This document shows positions 1 through 9,316 of a DNA stretch of 64,000 nt, one piece after another. The stretch comes from an uncultured Acidobacteriota bacterium. GTDB lineage: Bacteria > Acidobacteriota > Vicinamibacteria > Vicinamibacterales > JAKQTR01. The notes beneath the pieces were generated by a model. The model was given only the letters and a program-made list of their open reading frames with translations. It was not told where the DNA came from and searched no databases. The stretch is from NCBI GenBank assembly GCA_963813325.1, contig CAWEYM010000003.1:486128-550127 (forward strand), written 5' to 3'. The translations under genes and the position numbers were made by a program. Every line of letters starts with the position of its first letter. Position 1 is the first letter of the stretch.

Positions 1-332
1 GCGCGGAAGACGATCGCGAGGCGGGCCCGCCAGCGCTCGCGGTGCACGGGATCACGATCGACCCTGCGCGCCGGCGCGTGCTGGTGAAGGAGGCGCCGGT
101 CGAGCTCACCAGCCAGGAATTCAGCCTGCTCTACCTGCTCGCGTCGCACCCGGGCATCGTGTTCAGCCGCGAAGCCCTGCTCGCCAAAGTCTGGAAGGGC
201 GAGGCCTTCGTCACCGAGCGGAGCGTCGACGCGCTCGTCAAACGCCTCCGGAAGAAGATCGAACCGGATTCTGCGGCGCCGCGGTTCATCCTGACCGTGT
301 GGGGAGCCGGCTACAAGTTCACTGATGTCTGA
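1..332 (+). CDS. OmpR/PhoB-family response regulator, C-terminal winged-helix part (5' end outside window)
   Basis: LTSQEFSLL..LASHPGIVFSREALL..VW..RSVDALVKRLRKKIE..ILTVWGAGY is the Trans_reg_C signature. The frame stays open upstream to the window edge and overlaps the kinase start. Confidence 0.93.
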   Translation, partial: AEDDREAGPPALAVHGITIDPARRRVLVKEAPVELTSQEFSLLYLLASHPGIVFSREALLAKVWKGEAFVTERSVDALVKRLRKKIEPDSAAPRFILTVWGAGYKFTDV

Positions 333-1848
333 ACGGGCCTGGTACCGCAGCCTCTACTGGCGGATCGCGATCGGCTTCGTGCTGTTCCTCGGCACGACGC
401 TGGTCGTCCAGGGCGGGGCCGTGCTGTGGCTGGCCGCGCGCTCGTCGGACAACGTGCCGGGTCAGGCCCCCATGGACCTGGCGACGCTGGTCGCCGCGGA
501 TCTCGGCGCGGCGCTGGCCGCCGAGCCGGCGCTGAACGCGGGCGACTTCCTCCGCGAGCACTACAGCGGGCTGTCGCGGCCGATTGTCTTCGTCGCGCGC
601 GACGGGACCGCGGTGACATCGCGCCCCTTCGACGTGCCGCCGGCCATGGTCGAGTTCGCCCGGCGCCGGCTGGACCGACGGCGTGCGCCGGCCGGGGGCG
701 AAGGCGCTGCGCCGCCCCCGTGGCTGGACCTCCCGCCCGAGAGGCTACCCGGCCGGGGGCTGCGTCCCGATGGCCGTCCCGGCCCGGAGTTTTTGCCGGA
801 AGGCCGACAGCGCCGGTTCCTGGCCGCCGCGCCCGTGCTGGTCAACGGCGAAGCGGCGGGCGTCGTCATGGTGCCGCCGTTTCCGCTGCCGACGCTGCTC
901 CGCCAGTTCGCCCCGGGGCTGCTGGGAATGGCGCTCGGCCTGCTGGCCCTCGGCACCGGCCTCGCCGCGCTCTTCGTGTTCCGGCCCGCGCACCGGCGCC
1001 TCCAGGCGCTCGAGGACGCCGCGCGACGCCTTGGCGCGGGCGACCCGTCGGCGCGCGCGCCCGAGCACGGCGGCGACGAGATCTCGGCGGTGGCCCGCGC
1101 GTTCAACCGGATGGCCGACGATCTCACGGCCAGGGCCAGCGACCTCCGAGCGGCAGACCTGGCAAGGCGGCAGCTGCTGGCCGACGTGTCACACGAGCTG
1201 ATGACGCCCCTGACGGCGATCCGCGGATACCTGGAAACCCTGGGCATGCCCCAGCTGCAGCTCGACGCCGCGACGCGCGCGCGCTATCTCGGCATCGTCG
1301 GGGAGGAGACCGGGCGCCTCGAGCGGACGATCGGCGACCTGCTGGACCTGGCGCGCCTTCAGGCGGGCGGCGGAACGCTCATGGTCCAGCAGGTGCAGGT
1401 CGAGGCGTTGTTCCAGCGCGTGCTGGCCCGCCACGAGCGGGAGTCGCACGACAGGCAGGTGACGATCGGCTACGCGGTCGAGGCCGGCGCGGAGACGGTC
1501 CAGGGTGATGCGGACCGGCTCGAGCAGGCGCTGCAGAATCTCGCCGCGAATGCCCTGCGCCACGCGGGACGCGGGGGCACGGTCGAACTCCGCGCCCGGG
1601 TCAGCCCCGAGGGCCTGCACCTTGACGTTCGGGACACCGGTGAAGGCATTCCCGAGGACCACCTGCCCCGCATATTCGAGCGCTTCTACCGTGTCGATGA
1701 ATCGCGGAGCGGCGTGTCCGGCGGCAGCGGGCTCGGGCTTTCGATCGTGAAGGCCATCGCCGAGCGCCACGGCGGGCGCGTGGCCGCACGCAGCCGGCCC
1801 GGCGTCGAAACCGTGTTCGAGATCGTCCTGCCGCGGGCCGCGGCCTGA
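325..1848 (+). CDS. Sensor histidine kinase (2 TM, HAMP, HisKA, HATPase)
   Basis: H-box DVSHELMTPL, N-box NLAANALRH, G1 DTGEGI, F-box IFERFYR, G2 GSGLGLSI; HAMP DEISAVARAFNRMA. Confidence 0.95.
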   Translation: MSERAWYRSLYWRIAIGFVLFLGTTLVVQGGAVLWLAARSSDNVPGQAPMDLATLVAADLGAALAAEPALNAGDFLREHYSGLSRPIVFVARDGTAVTSRPFDVPPAMVEFARRRLDRRRAPAGGEGAAPPPWLDLPPERLPGRGLRPDGRPGPEFLPEGRQRRFLAAAPVLVNGEAAGVVMVPPFPLPTLLRQFAPGLLGMALGLLALGTGLAALFVFRPAHRRLQALEDAARRLGAGDPSARAPEHGGDEISAVARAFNRMADDLTARASDLRAADLARRQLLADVSHELMTPLTAIRGYLETLGMPQLQLDAATRARYLGIVGEETGRLERTIGDLLDLARLQAGGGTLMVQQVQVEALFQRVLARHERESHDRQVTIGYAVEAGAETVQGDADRLEQALQNLAANALRHAGRGGTVELRARVSPEGLHLDVRDTGEGIPEDHLPRIFERFYRVDESRSGVSGGSGLGLSIVKAIAERHGGRVAARSRPGVETVFEIVLPRAAA

Positions 1849-1969
1849 GCCTCCGCCGGGATCCTGGGACGGGCGGGTCGTCTCCCGGGACGGCCGCCTG
1901 ACCGGGGACCAGGCCGGGCGGGCTGCACGGTTGCGCCGCGCGGCCGGCTTCACTACAGTGAACGAAGCC

Positions 1970-2575
1970 ATGAGCAAACTGCGTTTCGGCGCCAAGCCGA
2001 TGGTCCTGCGCTGCGCCCGGTGTGGAAAGTCCGTCGACTGGGAGGACTCCCGGCTGCAGGTCGTGTGCGAGTGCCGGCCCCACCTGGAGTTGCCGCCCGT
2101 CCTCGTCCGCGAGGCCACCGACGAGGACCGCCCGGCGACGATGGACCTCTTCCAGCGCGACTTCGGGCGGACGAGGGTCGTGGCCTTCGGCAGCCTGATG
2201 ACGCTCGACGATGCCCCGGCGCTGGTGGCGGAAATGAAGAAGGGCGAACTGGCGGGGGCGCTGGCGTACCGGCTCCTCGGCGACGCGCTGCAGATCGTGG
2301 CGCTCGCCACCGATGCGATGTGGCAGCGATCGGGTGTGGGCGGGTACCTCGTGGCGGAAGCCGAGCTGCTCGCGCGCCGGCTGCACCTGGACCGGATCGT
2401 CCTGGCGACGACGAACGACAACCTGCCCGCGTTGTACTTCTACCAGCGGCGCGGGTACGTGATCCGCGAGATCCTCGTCGGCTCGCTGCTGCCGCACGAT
2501 CAGCCCGCCGAACACGGGGGCTTCGGGGGCATACCCACCCGAGACGAGATCCGGCTGGAGAAGCGCCTGGCCTGA
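1970..2575 (+). CDS. GNAT acetyltransferase with N-terminal Cys-rich (CxxC...CxC) segment
   Basis: Acetyl-CoA motif WQRSGVG and TTNDNLPALYFYQRRGY; N-terminal CARC...CEC. ATG at 1970 chosen over the TTG at 1931. Confidence 0.85.
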   Translation: MSKLRFGAKPMVLRCARCGKSVDWEDSRLQVVCECRPHLELPPVLVREATDEDRPATMDLFQRDFGRTRVVAFGSLMTLDDAPALVAEMKKGELAGALAYRLLGDALQIVALATDAMWQRSGVGGYLVAEAELLARRLHLDRIVLATTNDNLPALYFYQRRGYVIREILVGSLLPHDQPAEHGGFGGIPTRDEIRLEKRLA

Positions 2576-2719
2576 CACGCGCGCGCCTGCGACGACCCGC
2601 GGGCACGGCATCGATTGTCCCGCCGACCGGGTTGATCGCGAGCACCCGCCCTTGCGGCGAGGGCACCGCGGGGCTACAGTGGCATCACGCGCAAGGGGCC
2701 CCCGGAAGCAGATCGTGGC

Positions 2720-3538
2720 ATGCCCGTCCTGTTGATCTCGCGGGGCACGATGTCGGGCGGCGAGCTCATCGCCCAGTGCCTCAACCACATCGACAACCTC
2801 CGGTGCGTGACACGGGAGGATCTGGTCGCGTCGGTCAACCGACACGGCGAACTGGCCACCCGGGTCACCGCGGAGATCGACGAGGCCACCCGGGCCTATG
2901 AACGGTTCAGCGAGCTGCGCCGGCCGTACAAGATCCTGATGCGCCACGCCCTCCTCGAGTACGCGCGCGAGGACAACCTCGCCTACCTCGGCTACTCGGG
3001 GCACCTGCTGGTCGAAGGGATCGCGCATTTCATCCGGATCCGGCTCGTGGCTCCGCTCGATCTCCGTGTCCGGATGACCATGGGCCGCCTGCGCTGCGGA
3101 GAACCCGAAGCGCAGGAGTACATCCGGACGGCCGACGAGGACCGCGTCCGCTGGGCACGGTTCATGTACGGCAGGAACATCCGCGATCCGGAACTCTACG
3201 ACCTCTGCCTGAACATGGACCGGATGTCCATCCCGACCGTGTGCTCCCTGATGAGGGGCGTCATCGCGGAACCGGAAATGCAGTCCACGCCCGAGTCGCT
3301 CGCCGAGCTCGAGAATCAGTTTCTGGCCAGCCACGCGCTAGTCGCCCTGCTGGAGCACCCGGAGACCTTCCCGCTCGAGATGGGCGCCACGGCACAGGCC
3401 GGGCACGTGCTGATCGAGGGCCCGTACCTGGACGAGCCTTTGCTCAACTCGGTCGTCGCCATCGTCCGCGCGGTGCCCGGCATCGCGGAGGTGGACTACC
3501 GGCCGGGTTACGCCCCCGCGTTCAAGTTCCTCGGATGA
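2720..3538 (+). CDS. Cytidylate kinase-like family protein with C-terminal BON-like domain
   Basis: ISRGTMSGG P-loop-like start, RIRLVAPLDLRV, D..R..WARFMYG, YDLCLN; C-terminal G.VLIEG...VRAVPGIAEV resembles BON. Confidence 0.8.
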   Translation: MPVLLISRGTMSGGELIAQCLNHIDNLRCVTREDLVASVNRHGELATRVTAEIDEATRAYERFSELRRPYKILMRHALLEYAREDNLAYLGYSGHLLVEGIAHFIRIRLVAPLDLRVRMTMGRLRCGEPEAQEYIRTADEDRVRWARFMYGRNIRDPELYDLCLNMDRMSIPTVCSLMRGVIAEPEMQSTPESLAELENQFLASHALVALLEHPETFPLEMGATAQAGHVLIEGPYLDEPLLNSVVAIVRAVPGIAEVDYRPGYAPAFKFLG

Positions 3539-3651
3539 GCCAGCCCCCTCGTGCGGCCCCACGCACCCCGCCCCGGGTGCACCAGGGAACGTCATCGCCC
3601 CCGCCATCACGCGTGTACGACGACGGTCAGCCTGACCGTGAGAGGTGAATC

Positions 3652-4491
3652 ATGGCGCAACCCTCATCACAGGCCCCCGATGGCGGCCCGCTCGAGCAGA
3701 TCCGGGCCGTCCTCGACCGGGCGGTGGCCCTCGAGCAGACCCAGACCGACTTGATGAAGGACGATAACGAGCTGGCCCGCCAGCGCACCGAGTCCACTGC
3801 GCACCTGCTCCAGTTCTCGTCGGCGACGGCCGGGCACACCGAGCGGCAGACGTCGATGGCCCAGGAACGCACGGCCCTCACCCGCGAGCAGACCCGGTTG
3901 TCCACGCGGAGCACTGAGCTTGCCAACATCCGGACCGACCTGTCTCGCGAGCGGAGCCACCTCGCCGAGCAGCGCACGGACCTGGCTGTGCAGCGTTCCG
4001 AGATGGCGCGGCGCCGGACCTCGCTGGCGGAAGGGCGCACCCGCATGGCAGAGGAGCGCACCGTCACGGCGCGCCAGCGGACCGACCTGGCCCGGCAGCG
4101 GACCGACCTCGCGACGCAGCGGACCGGGCTGTCCGTCCAGCGCACCGATCTGGCGAGCGAGCGCAATCGCCTGGCCGAGGACCGGACGGTGCGCGCCTTC
4201 ACGCGGACGCGCCTGTCGCTGGTGAGAACGGAACTGGCGCGCGGTCGGACCTACCTGGCGCTGATTCGCACGGGCCTGGCGTTCCTGACCATCGGCCTGA
4301 CGCTGTTCCGGTACTTCGGACTCTCGGTGTGGACCGTCTTCGACGGCGCCCTGGTCGCGCTGAGCCTCGTCCTCGTTGTCTGGGGCACACGCGGCTACCG
4401 CCGGGCCCACGTCGCCGAGGCGAGACTCGTGGAGGTGCTGGCTGGAGACCGAGGCGTCGGGGATCTGATCCCGGGGCCGAGCCCCAGGTAG
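3652..4491 (+). CDS. DUF202 (YidH/Vtc1-like) membrane protein with long heptad-repeat coiled coil
   Basis: RTELARGRTYLALIRTGLAFL followed by two hydrophobic helices, preceded by many RTxLAxx repeats; RBS GAGGTG. Confidence 0.8.
   Translation: MAQPSSQAPDGGPLEQIRAVLDRAVALEQTQTDLMKDDNELARQRTESTAHLLQFSSATAGHTERQTSMAQERTALTREQTRLSTRSTELANIRTDLSRERSHLAEQRTDLAVQRSEMARRRTSLAEGRTRMAEERTVTARQRTDLARQRTDLATQRTGLSVQRTDLASERNRLAEDRTVRAFTRTRLSLVRTELARGRTYLALIRTGLAFLTIGLTLFRYFGLSVWTVFDGALVALSLVLVVWGTRGYRRAHVAEARLVEVLAGDRGVGDLIPGPSPR
4075..4158 (+). repeat. 4 x 21-bp in-frame tandem repeat (CAGCGSACCG...) encoding QRTDLAx
   Basis: cagcggaccgacctggcccgg / cagcggaccgacctcgcgacg / cagcggaccgggctgtccgtc / cagcgcaccgatctggcgagc. 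Confidence 0.85.
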
Positions 4492-4601
4492 CAGCCGATC
4501 GCCGATGGTTGACATCGACTGCGCTGGCAGCGGGGCAGCCATAGCCGCCCCGCGCCACCGCCGCGCACGACGAACGCCCGCAGGGCGGGCGACGGGCTAT
4601 G

Positions 4602-5648
4602 TCACCGCCCCTCGCGGTCGTTGAGGCTCACGTTGAGCGGCATGATCTCGCCCGGCTTGACTTCCACCTCGGTCTTGAACGGGTTGAATCCGTCCTTGCG
4701 GATCTCCACCGTGTGCATGCCAGCCGGCAGGTTCACGACGAGACGCTCGACACCGACCGGTCCCTGCCACCCTTCGCCGTCGATGAAAACCCGGGCGTCG
4801 GCCGGCTGCACACGGATGGCCAGCTGACCGTAGCCCTCCGCCTCGATGGTCGGAGGCAGTGACTCCGGCGGCGGCATGGCACCGCCCGACGGCGGCATCG
4901 GCTCAGGGGATTCCTGGTCCGGCGGGAAAGGCTGGCCGCGACCAGGCGGCCGGCGCATGATCTCGTCCGGTGTCGTCACCGGGCGAGGATCGGGCGACTC
5001 GCCCGATTGCAGCGGCACCATCTGCATCCTCAGGCGGAATGTCTCCCCCGGCGTGAAGTAGATGTTCTGCGTGACCCGCTTGAACCCGTCCCGATAAAGC
5101 GAGATGTCGTGCCCGCCCGGTTCCACTGCCAGGCTCTGGAAGAACCCGTCGAAGTCGTCCGCCACGCCCGCGTAGTGGCCGTCGACGTAGACCTCGGTGT
5201 CCTTGGGTTTGACATCCACCTTCATCGAACTGCCGCCGTAGCCGCGGTAGCCGTACGGAGAGCCGTAGCCGTACCCGTAGCCGTACCCATAGTAGCCGCC
5301 CTGCCACCACGGGTAGCCGTACGAGTAGGGTGCCCAGTAGTACGGGTAGGAGCCCCAGCCGAACCCCAGGTAGATGGATGACCGCCGCCCGTAGTAGGGC
5401 CGCGTATAGGGCCGCGTGTAGGGCCGTGCATAAGGCCGGTAGGCTGGACCGGATCGATAGCCGGGACGAGCGCTGGGGCCTGCCGGACGCCCTGCGGGCG
5501 GTCTCTGGGCCGGCGCTCTGGCGACGGCCTGGCCGCCGCCACCGCCCGGGCGGGCTCCCCGGCGCTGCGCGAACGCGTCGGCGGGCCCGAAGGCGACGAC
5601 CGCGGCGAGCGCCAGCGTGAGGCTCGTGAGTGTGATTCGTGTGCGCAT
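4602..5648 (-). CDS. Secreted two-PEGA-domain protein with R/G/Y/P-rich low-complexity N-terminus
   Basis: Signal peptide ending AFA; two PEGA-like units (VKPKDTEVYVDG..GGHDISLYRDGF; VQPADARVFIDG..GMHTVEIRKDGF); RBS GGAGG before ATG 5648. Confidence 0.85.
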   Translation of the reverse strand: MRTRITLTSLTLALAAVVAFGPADAFAQRRGARPGGGGGQAVARAPAQRPPAGRPAGPSARPGYRSGPAYRPYARPYTRPYTRPYYGRRSSIYLGFGWGSYPYYWAPYSYGYPWWQGGYYGYGYGYGYGSPYGYRGYGGSSMKVDVKPKDTEVYVDGHYAGVADDFDGFFQSLAVEPGGHDISLYRDGFKRVTQNIYFTPGETFRLRMQMVPLQSGESPDPRPVTTPDEIMRRPPGRGQPFPPDQESPEPMPPSGGAMPPPESLPPTIEAEGYGQLAIRVQPADARVFIDGEGWQGPVGVERLVVNLPAGMHTVEIRKDGFNPFKTEVEVKPGEIMPLNVSLNDREGR

Positions 5649-5683
5649 GTTCCCCTCCGGAGGCTGAACCGGGGTGCTACTAC

Positions 5684-5699
5684 TGCAATGGTGATACCA
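5684..5699 (-). promoter_or_regulatory. sigma54 (-24/-12) promoter for the PEGA gene
   Basis: TGGTATCACCATTGCA: GG-N10-GC with TTGCA, 35 bp upstream of the start. Confidence 0.7.
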
Positions 5700-5956
5700 A
5701 GGGCCCCTCCAACGCAACCCACGGGTATTCCCGCCAACGTGCCGCCGGCGCGGCGCGCCCTGTCCCCTGCGACGGATCACCGTGTCCCCGCGGCTGGACG
5801 CCGCGGCGGCCCGCGGCCTGGCGCCCGACGGCACCGGCCGGGCCGACCGGGGATGCGGGCACGGACCCCGTGCTATCATCAGCTCCGGGTTCACCGCATC
5901 CTCCTGGACACGCGCGTCGACCGCCCGTGACACTCGCGGGCGTCGGGGTAGTGCGC

Positions 5957-6523
5957 ATGGATCAGACGATTGCCTCGCTGGCGGCGTCCGCCGACCTGGG
6001 AGATCGGGCGGCCACGGAGGCGCTCTTCGCGGCGCTCTACGAGGAGCTCCATCGGGCGGCCCGGCGTGAGCTGGGCCGGCACGGCGCCCCCATGACCCTC
6101 AGCGTCACGACGTTGCTGCACGAGGCCTACGTCGAGATGTCGGCGCGCGACGGCCTGTCGTTCCCCGACCGGCCCCGGTTCATGGGCTACGCGGCCCGCG
6201 TCATGCGGGGCCTGATCATCGAGCACGCGAGGAGTCGCCGGGCCCAGAAACGCGGCGGCCTGTTCGAGATTACCTCTCTCGCCACGGAGGTCGCCGAGGG
6301 GTTCGCTGACGACCGGGAGCTCACGCTGATCAGCGACGCCCTGGACGATCTGGCGGAGGTGGACGCGGCGCTCGCGCACCTGGTGGACCTGAAGTTCTTT
6401 TGCGGGTTCTCGTTCGCCGACATCGCGGCGATGCAGGGCGTGTCGGAGCGCACGGTCCAGCGGAACTGGGAAAAGGCGCGGATCTACCTGCACCGGGCGA
6501 TTCGCTCGAACCTGGAGCCCTGA
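5957..6523 (+). CDS. ECF sigma factor, TIGR02999-like kinase-associated type
   Basis: LYEELHRAARR, TLSVTTLLHEAY, ARVMR..IIEHARSRRAQKRGG, LKFFCG, GVSERTVQRNW.KAR..L. Confidence 0.92.
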   Translation: MDQTIASLAASADLGDRAATEALFAALYEELHRAARRELGRHGAPMTLSVTTLLHEAYVEMSARDGLSFPDRPRFMGYAARVMRGLIIEHARSRRAQKRGGLFEITSLATEVAEGFADDRELTLISDALDDLAEVDAALAHLVDLKFFCGFSFADIAAMQGVSERTVQRNWEKARIYLHRAIRSNLEP

Positions 6524-6529
6524 CGACCC

Positions 6530-9235
6530 ATGTCCGATCTGACTCCCGAACGGTGGGCGGCGATCGGCCCGTACCTGGACCGGGCCCTCGAGCTCCCCGC
6601 CGATGAGCGCGCCCGCTGGCTCGCGGCGTTGCGCGATCCGGCGCTCGAAGCCGATCTTCTGGCATTGCTCGACGAGCACGCGGCCCTCGACCGCGAGGGA
6701 TTCCTCGAACGATCGCCTGCGCCCGTGGGGCCGGCGCCGGCTCTCGCTGGCGCGACGTTCGGCGCCTACACGCTGGAAGCGCCCATCGGCCAGGGCGGCA
6801 TGGGCACGGTCTGGCTCGCGCGCCGAAGCGATGGACGCTTCGAGGGACGCGTCGCGGTCAAACTGCTCAACCTCGCGCTCGTCGGCCGCGCCGGCCAGGA
6901 GCGGTTCCGGCGGGAAGGCAACGTCCTCGCGCGCCTCTCACACCCGCACATCGCTCATCTCCTGGACGCCGGGGTCTCCCCGTGCGGCCAGCCCTACCTC
7001 GTGCTCGAACACGTCGACGGCCAGCCCATCGACCAGTACTGCAACGACCGGGGTCTCGATGCAGAAGGCCGGCTCCGGCTGGTGCTCGACACGCTGGCCG
7101 CCGTCGCGCACGCGCACGCGCACCTCGTCGTGCACCGCGACATCAAGCCGTCGAATGTGTTCGTCACGACGGACGGCCACGTGAAGCTGCTGGATTTCGG
7201 CATCGCCAAGCTGCTGGATGCCGACGAGGGGGTGGGCGACTCGACCTTCCTCACGCGGGACGGGGGGCGGGCGTTCACGCCAGAGTGCGCCGCGCCCGAG
7301 CAGATCTCAGGCGGAACGGTGACGACGGCGACAGACGTCTATGCCCTGGGCGTGTTGATCTATCTCCTGCTGGCCGGCCGGCATCCGACAGGAGACGGCC
7401 AGCGCGGCCCCGCGGACCTCGTCAGGGGCATCGTCGACACCGAGCCGCTGCGTGTCTCCGATGCGGCACGGCACGCGGCCGAGCCCGGCCGCGCGCGCGG
7501 CGTGTTGAGGGGGGACCTCGACACGATCGTCGCCAAGGCCCTCAAGAAGAACCCCGAGGAACGCTATCCGTCGGTCTCCGCGCTTGCCGAGGATCTTCGT
7601 CGGTACCTGCGGCACGAGCCGATCAGGGCGAGGCCCGACACGTTCCGGTACCGCGCAGGGAAGTTCCTGCGCCGGAACCGCGCGGTGGCGGCGCTCGCGA
7701 TGGCGGCGACGCTCGCGACGGCGGGCGGCGTGGCCGGCACCCTGATCCAGGCCCGGACGGCCCGCAGCCAGCGCGACTTCGCCCAGCGCCAGCGGGTGAG
7801 GGCCGAGGCGCTCAACGACCTCAACGCCTTCGTCCTGTCCGACGCGGCACCCCTCGGCAAGACGTTCACGGTCAACGATCTCCTCGCGCGAGCCGAGCAC
7901 ATCGTCGAGCGGCAGCACGGCGATCCCGCGGGTCGCGTGGAACTCCTCGTGTCGATCGGGATGCAGTACCAGAGGCAGGACGAGGACGCCCGGGCGCGCG
8001 ACGTGCTGGCCCACGCCTACAGCTTGTCGCGCACCACGGCCGAACGCTCCAGCCGCGCGAAGGCAGCGTGCGCGCTGGCAAGCGCCCTCAGCCGCGGCCA
8101 CGGGCTGTCGCGGGCCGAGGCGTTGTTGCAGGAGGGGCTGCGCGAGTTGCCGGAGGAGCCCGACTACGCGCTCGATCGGGCGTTTTGCCTCCTGCGCGGC
8201 GGCGAGGTCGCGCGCGAAGCCGGGGCGGCGCGCGAGGCGGTCTTGCGGGACCTAGCGGCGCGGCGCGCCCTGCAGCAGTCGCCTGACGGTACCGAGGCGC
8301 TCGATCTCAGCGCGTTGATGGAGCTCGCCGAGTCCTACCGCGTCGCCGGGCAGCAGCGCGAGGCGGCGGCGACGTTCGAGCAGGCGGCGCGACGGCTCGC
8401 GGTCGTCGGCCGGGACGACACCCAGCAGGCCGGTACCCTCTTCAACAACTGGGCGCTCACGCTCCACCAGCTCGGGCGACCGTTCGAGGCCGAGCGGATC
8501 TACCGCCGTGCCATCGAGATCGGCCGCACCGAGAACGGCGACACCCTCTCTCCCATGCTGCTCAACAACTACGCGCGCACGCTGGAGGAACTCCACCGTG
8601 TCGACGAGGCGGCCGCCTACGTCGAGCGCGCGTATGCGAAAGCCGTGCAGGCGGGTGACGAGGTGGTGATCAGCCAGTCGCTCGTGGTGCTGGCCACGGT
8701 GTACCGCGATCGGGGCGACCTGCCGCGAGCGGAGGGGATGCTGGCGGAGCTGGAACCAAGACTGCGCCGGACCCTCCCTGCCGGCCACATCGCATTCGCC
8801 TCCCTGTCTCTCCAGCGCGCGCTCGTCGCCCAGGCGCGCGGGGACTTGCAGGGCGCGCTCGCTCTTTCGACCGGCGCCGTCGAGCTCGCCCAGGCCTCGG
8901 TCAAGGCGGGAATGCAGGGAGCGCAGTACCTGCCGGTGGTCCTCAGTCGCCGGTCCGACGTCGAGCGGGAACTTCATGCTCCGGACAAGGCAGCCGACGA
9001 CGCCATCCGAGCCGTGAACCTGCTGAAGCCGACTCTCCAGCCCGGCACGTGCTCCTGCACGCTCGGCCGCGCCTATCTCGCGCTCGGGCGCGCCCTTCGA
9101 GACGAAGGCCGGCACGCCGAAGCGCGCGCCGCCCTGGCGTCCGCTGTCGAACAGCTCCGGACTGCCCTCGGCCCCGACCACCCGGATACGCGGATCGCCG
9201 GACAGGTCGAAGCCCTCGAGGCCCGGGGCCGATAA
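6530..9235 (+). CDS. Hanks-type Ser/Thr protein kinase with TM segment and C-terminal TPR-like repeats
   Basis: IGQGGMGTV, VAVK, HRDIKPSN, DFGIAK, DVYALG; hydrophobic segment after the kinase domain; helical repeats ending LGPDHPDT. Confidence 0.95.
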   Translation: MSDLTPERWAAIGPYLDRALELPADERARWLAALRDPALEADLLALLDEHAALDREGFLERSPAPVGPAPALAGATFGAYTLEAPIGQGGMGTVWLARRSDGRFEGRVAVKLLNLALVGRAGQERFRREGNVLARLSHPHIAHLLDAGVSPCGQPYLVLEHVDGQPIDQYCNDRGLDAEGRLRLVLDTLAAVAHAHAHLVVHRDIKPSNVFVTTDGHVKLLDFGIAKLLDADEGVGDSTFLTRDGGRAFTPECAAPEQISGGTVTTATDVYALGVLIYLLLAGRHPTGDGQRGPADLVRGIVDTEPLRVSDAARHAAEPGRARGVLRGDLDTIVAKALKKNPEERYPSVSALAEDLRRYLRHEPIRARPDTFRYRAGKFLRRNRAVAALAMAATLATAGGVAGTLIQARTARSQRDFAQRQRVRAEALNDLNAFVLSDAAPLGKTFTVNDLLARAEHIVERQHGDPAGRVELLVSIGMQYQRQDEDARARDVLAHAYSLSRTTAERSSRAKAACALASALSRGHGLSRAEALLQEGLRELPEEPDYALDRAFCLLRGGEVAREAGAAREAVLRDLAARRALQQSPDGTEALDLSALMELAESYRVAGQQREAAATFEQAARRLAVVGRDDTQQAGTLFNNWALTLHQLGRPFEAERIYRRAIEIGRTENGDTLSPMLLNNYARTLEELHRVDEAAAYVERAYAKAVQAGDEVVISQSLVVLATVYRDRGDLPRAEGMLAELEPRLRRTLPAGHIAFASLSLQRALVAQARGDLQGALALSTGAVELAQASVKAGMQGAQYLPVVLSRRSDVERELHAPDKAADDAIRAVNLLKPTLQPGTCSCTLGRAYLALGRALRDEGRHAEARAALASAVEQLRTALGPDHPDTRIAGQVEALEARGR

Positions 9236-9316
9236 CCGCCTCCCGGGACGGACCCCGCAGGCCGATGTCGTCTTCCAGCCGCCGTTTGCGATCTTCCTGG
9301 TTACAGGAGGATTGCC

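Noticed and set aside
4075-4158. 21-bp tandem repeats as a mini-CRISPR
   Set aside because: The units are in-frame coding heptads with no unique spacers.
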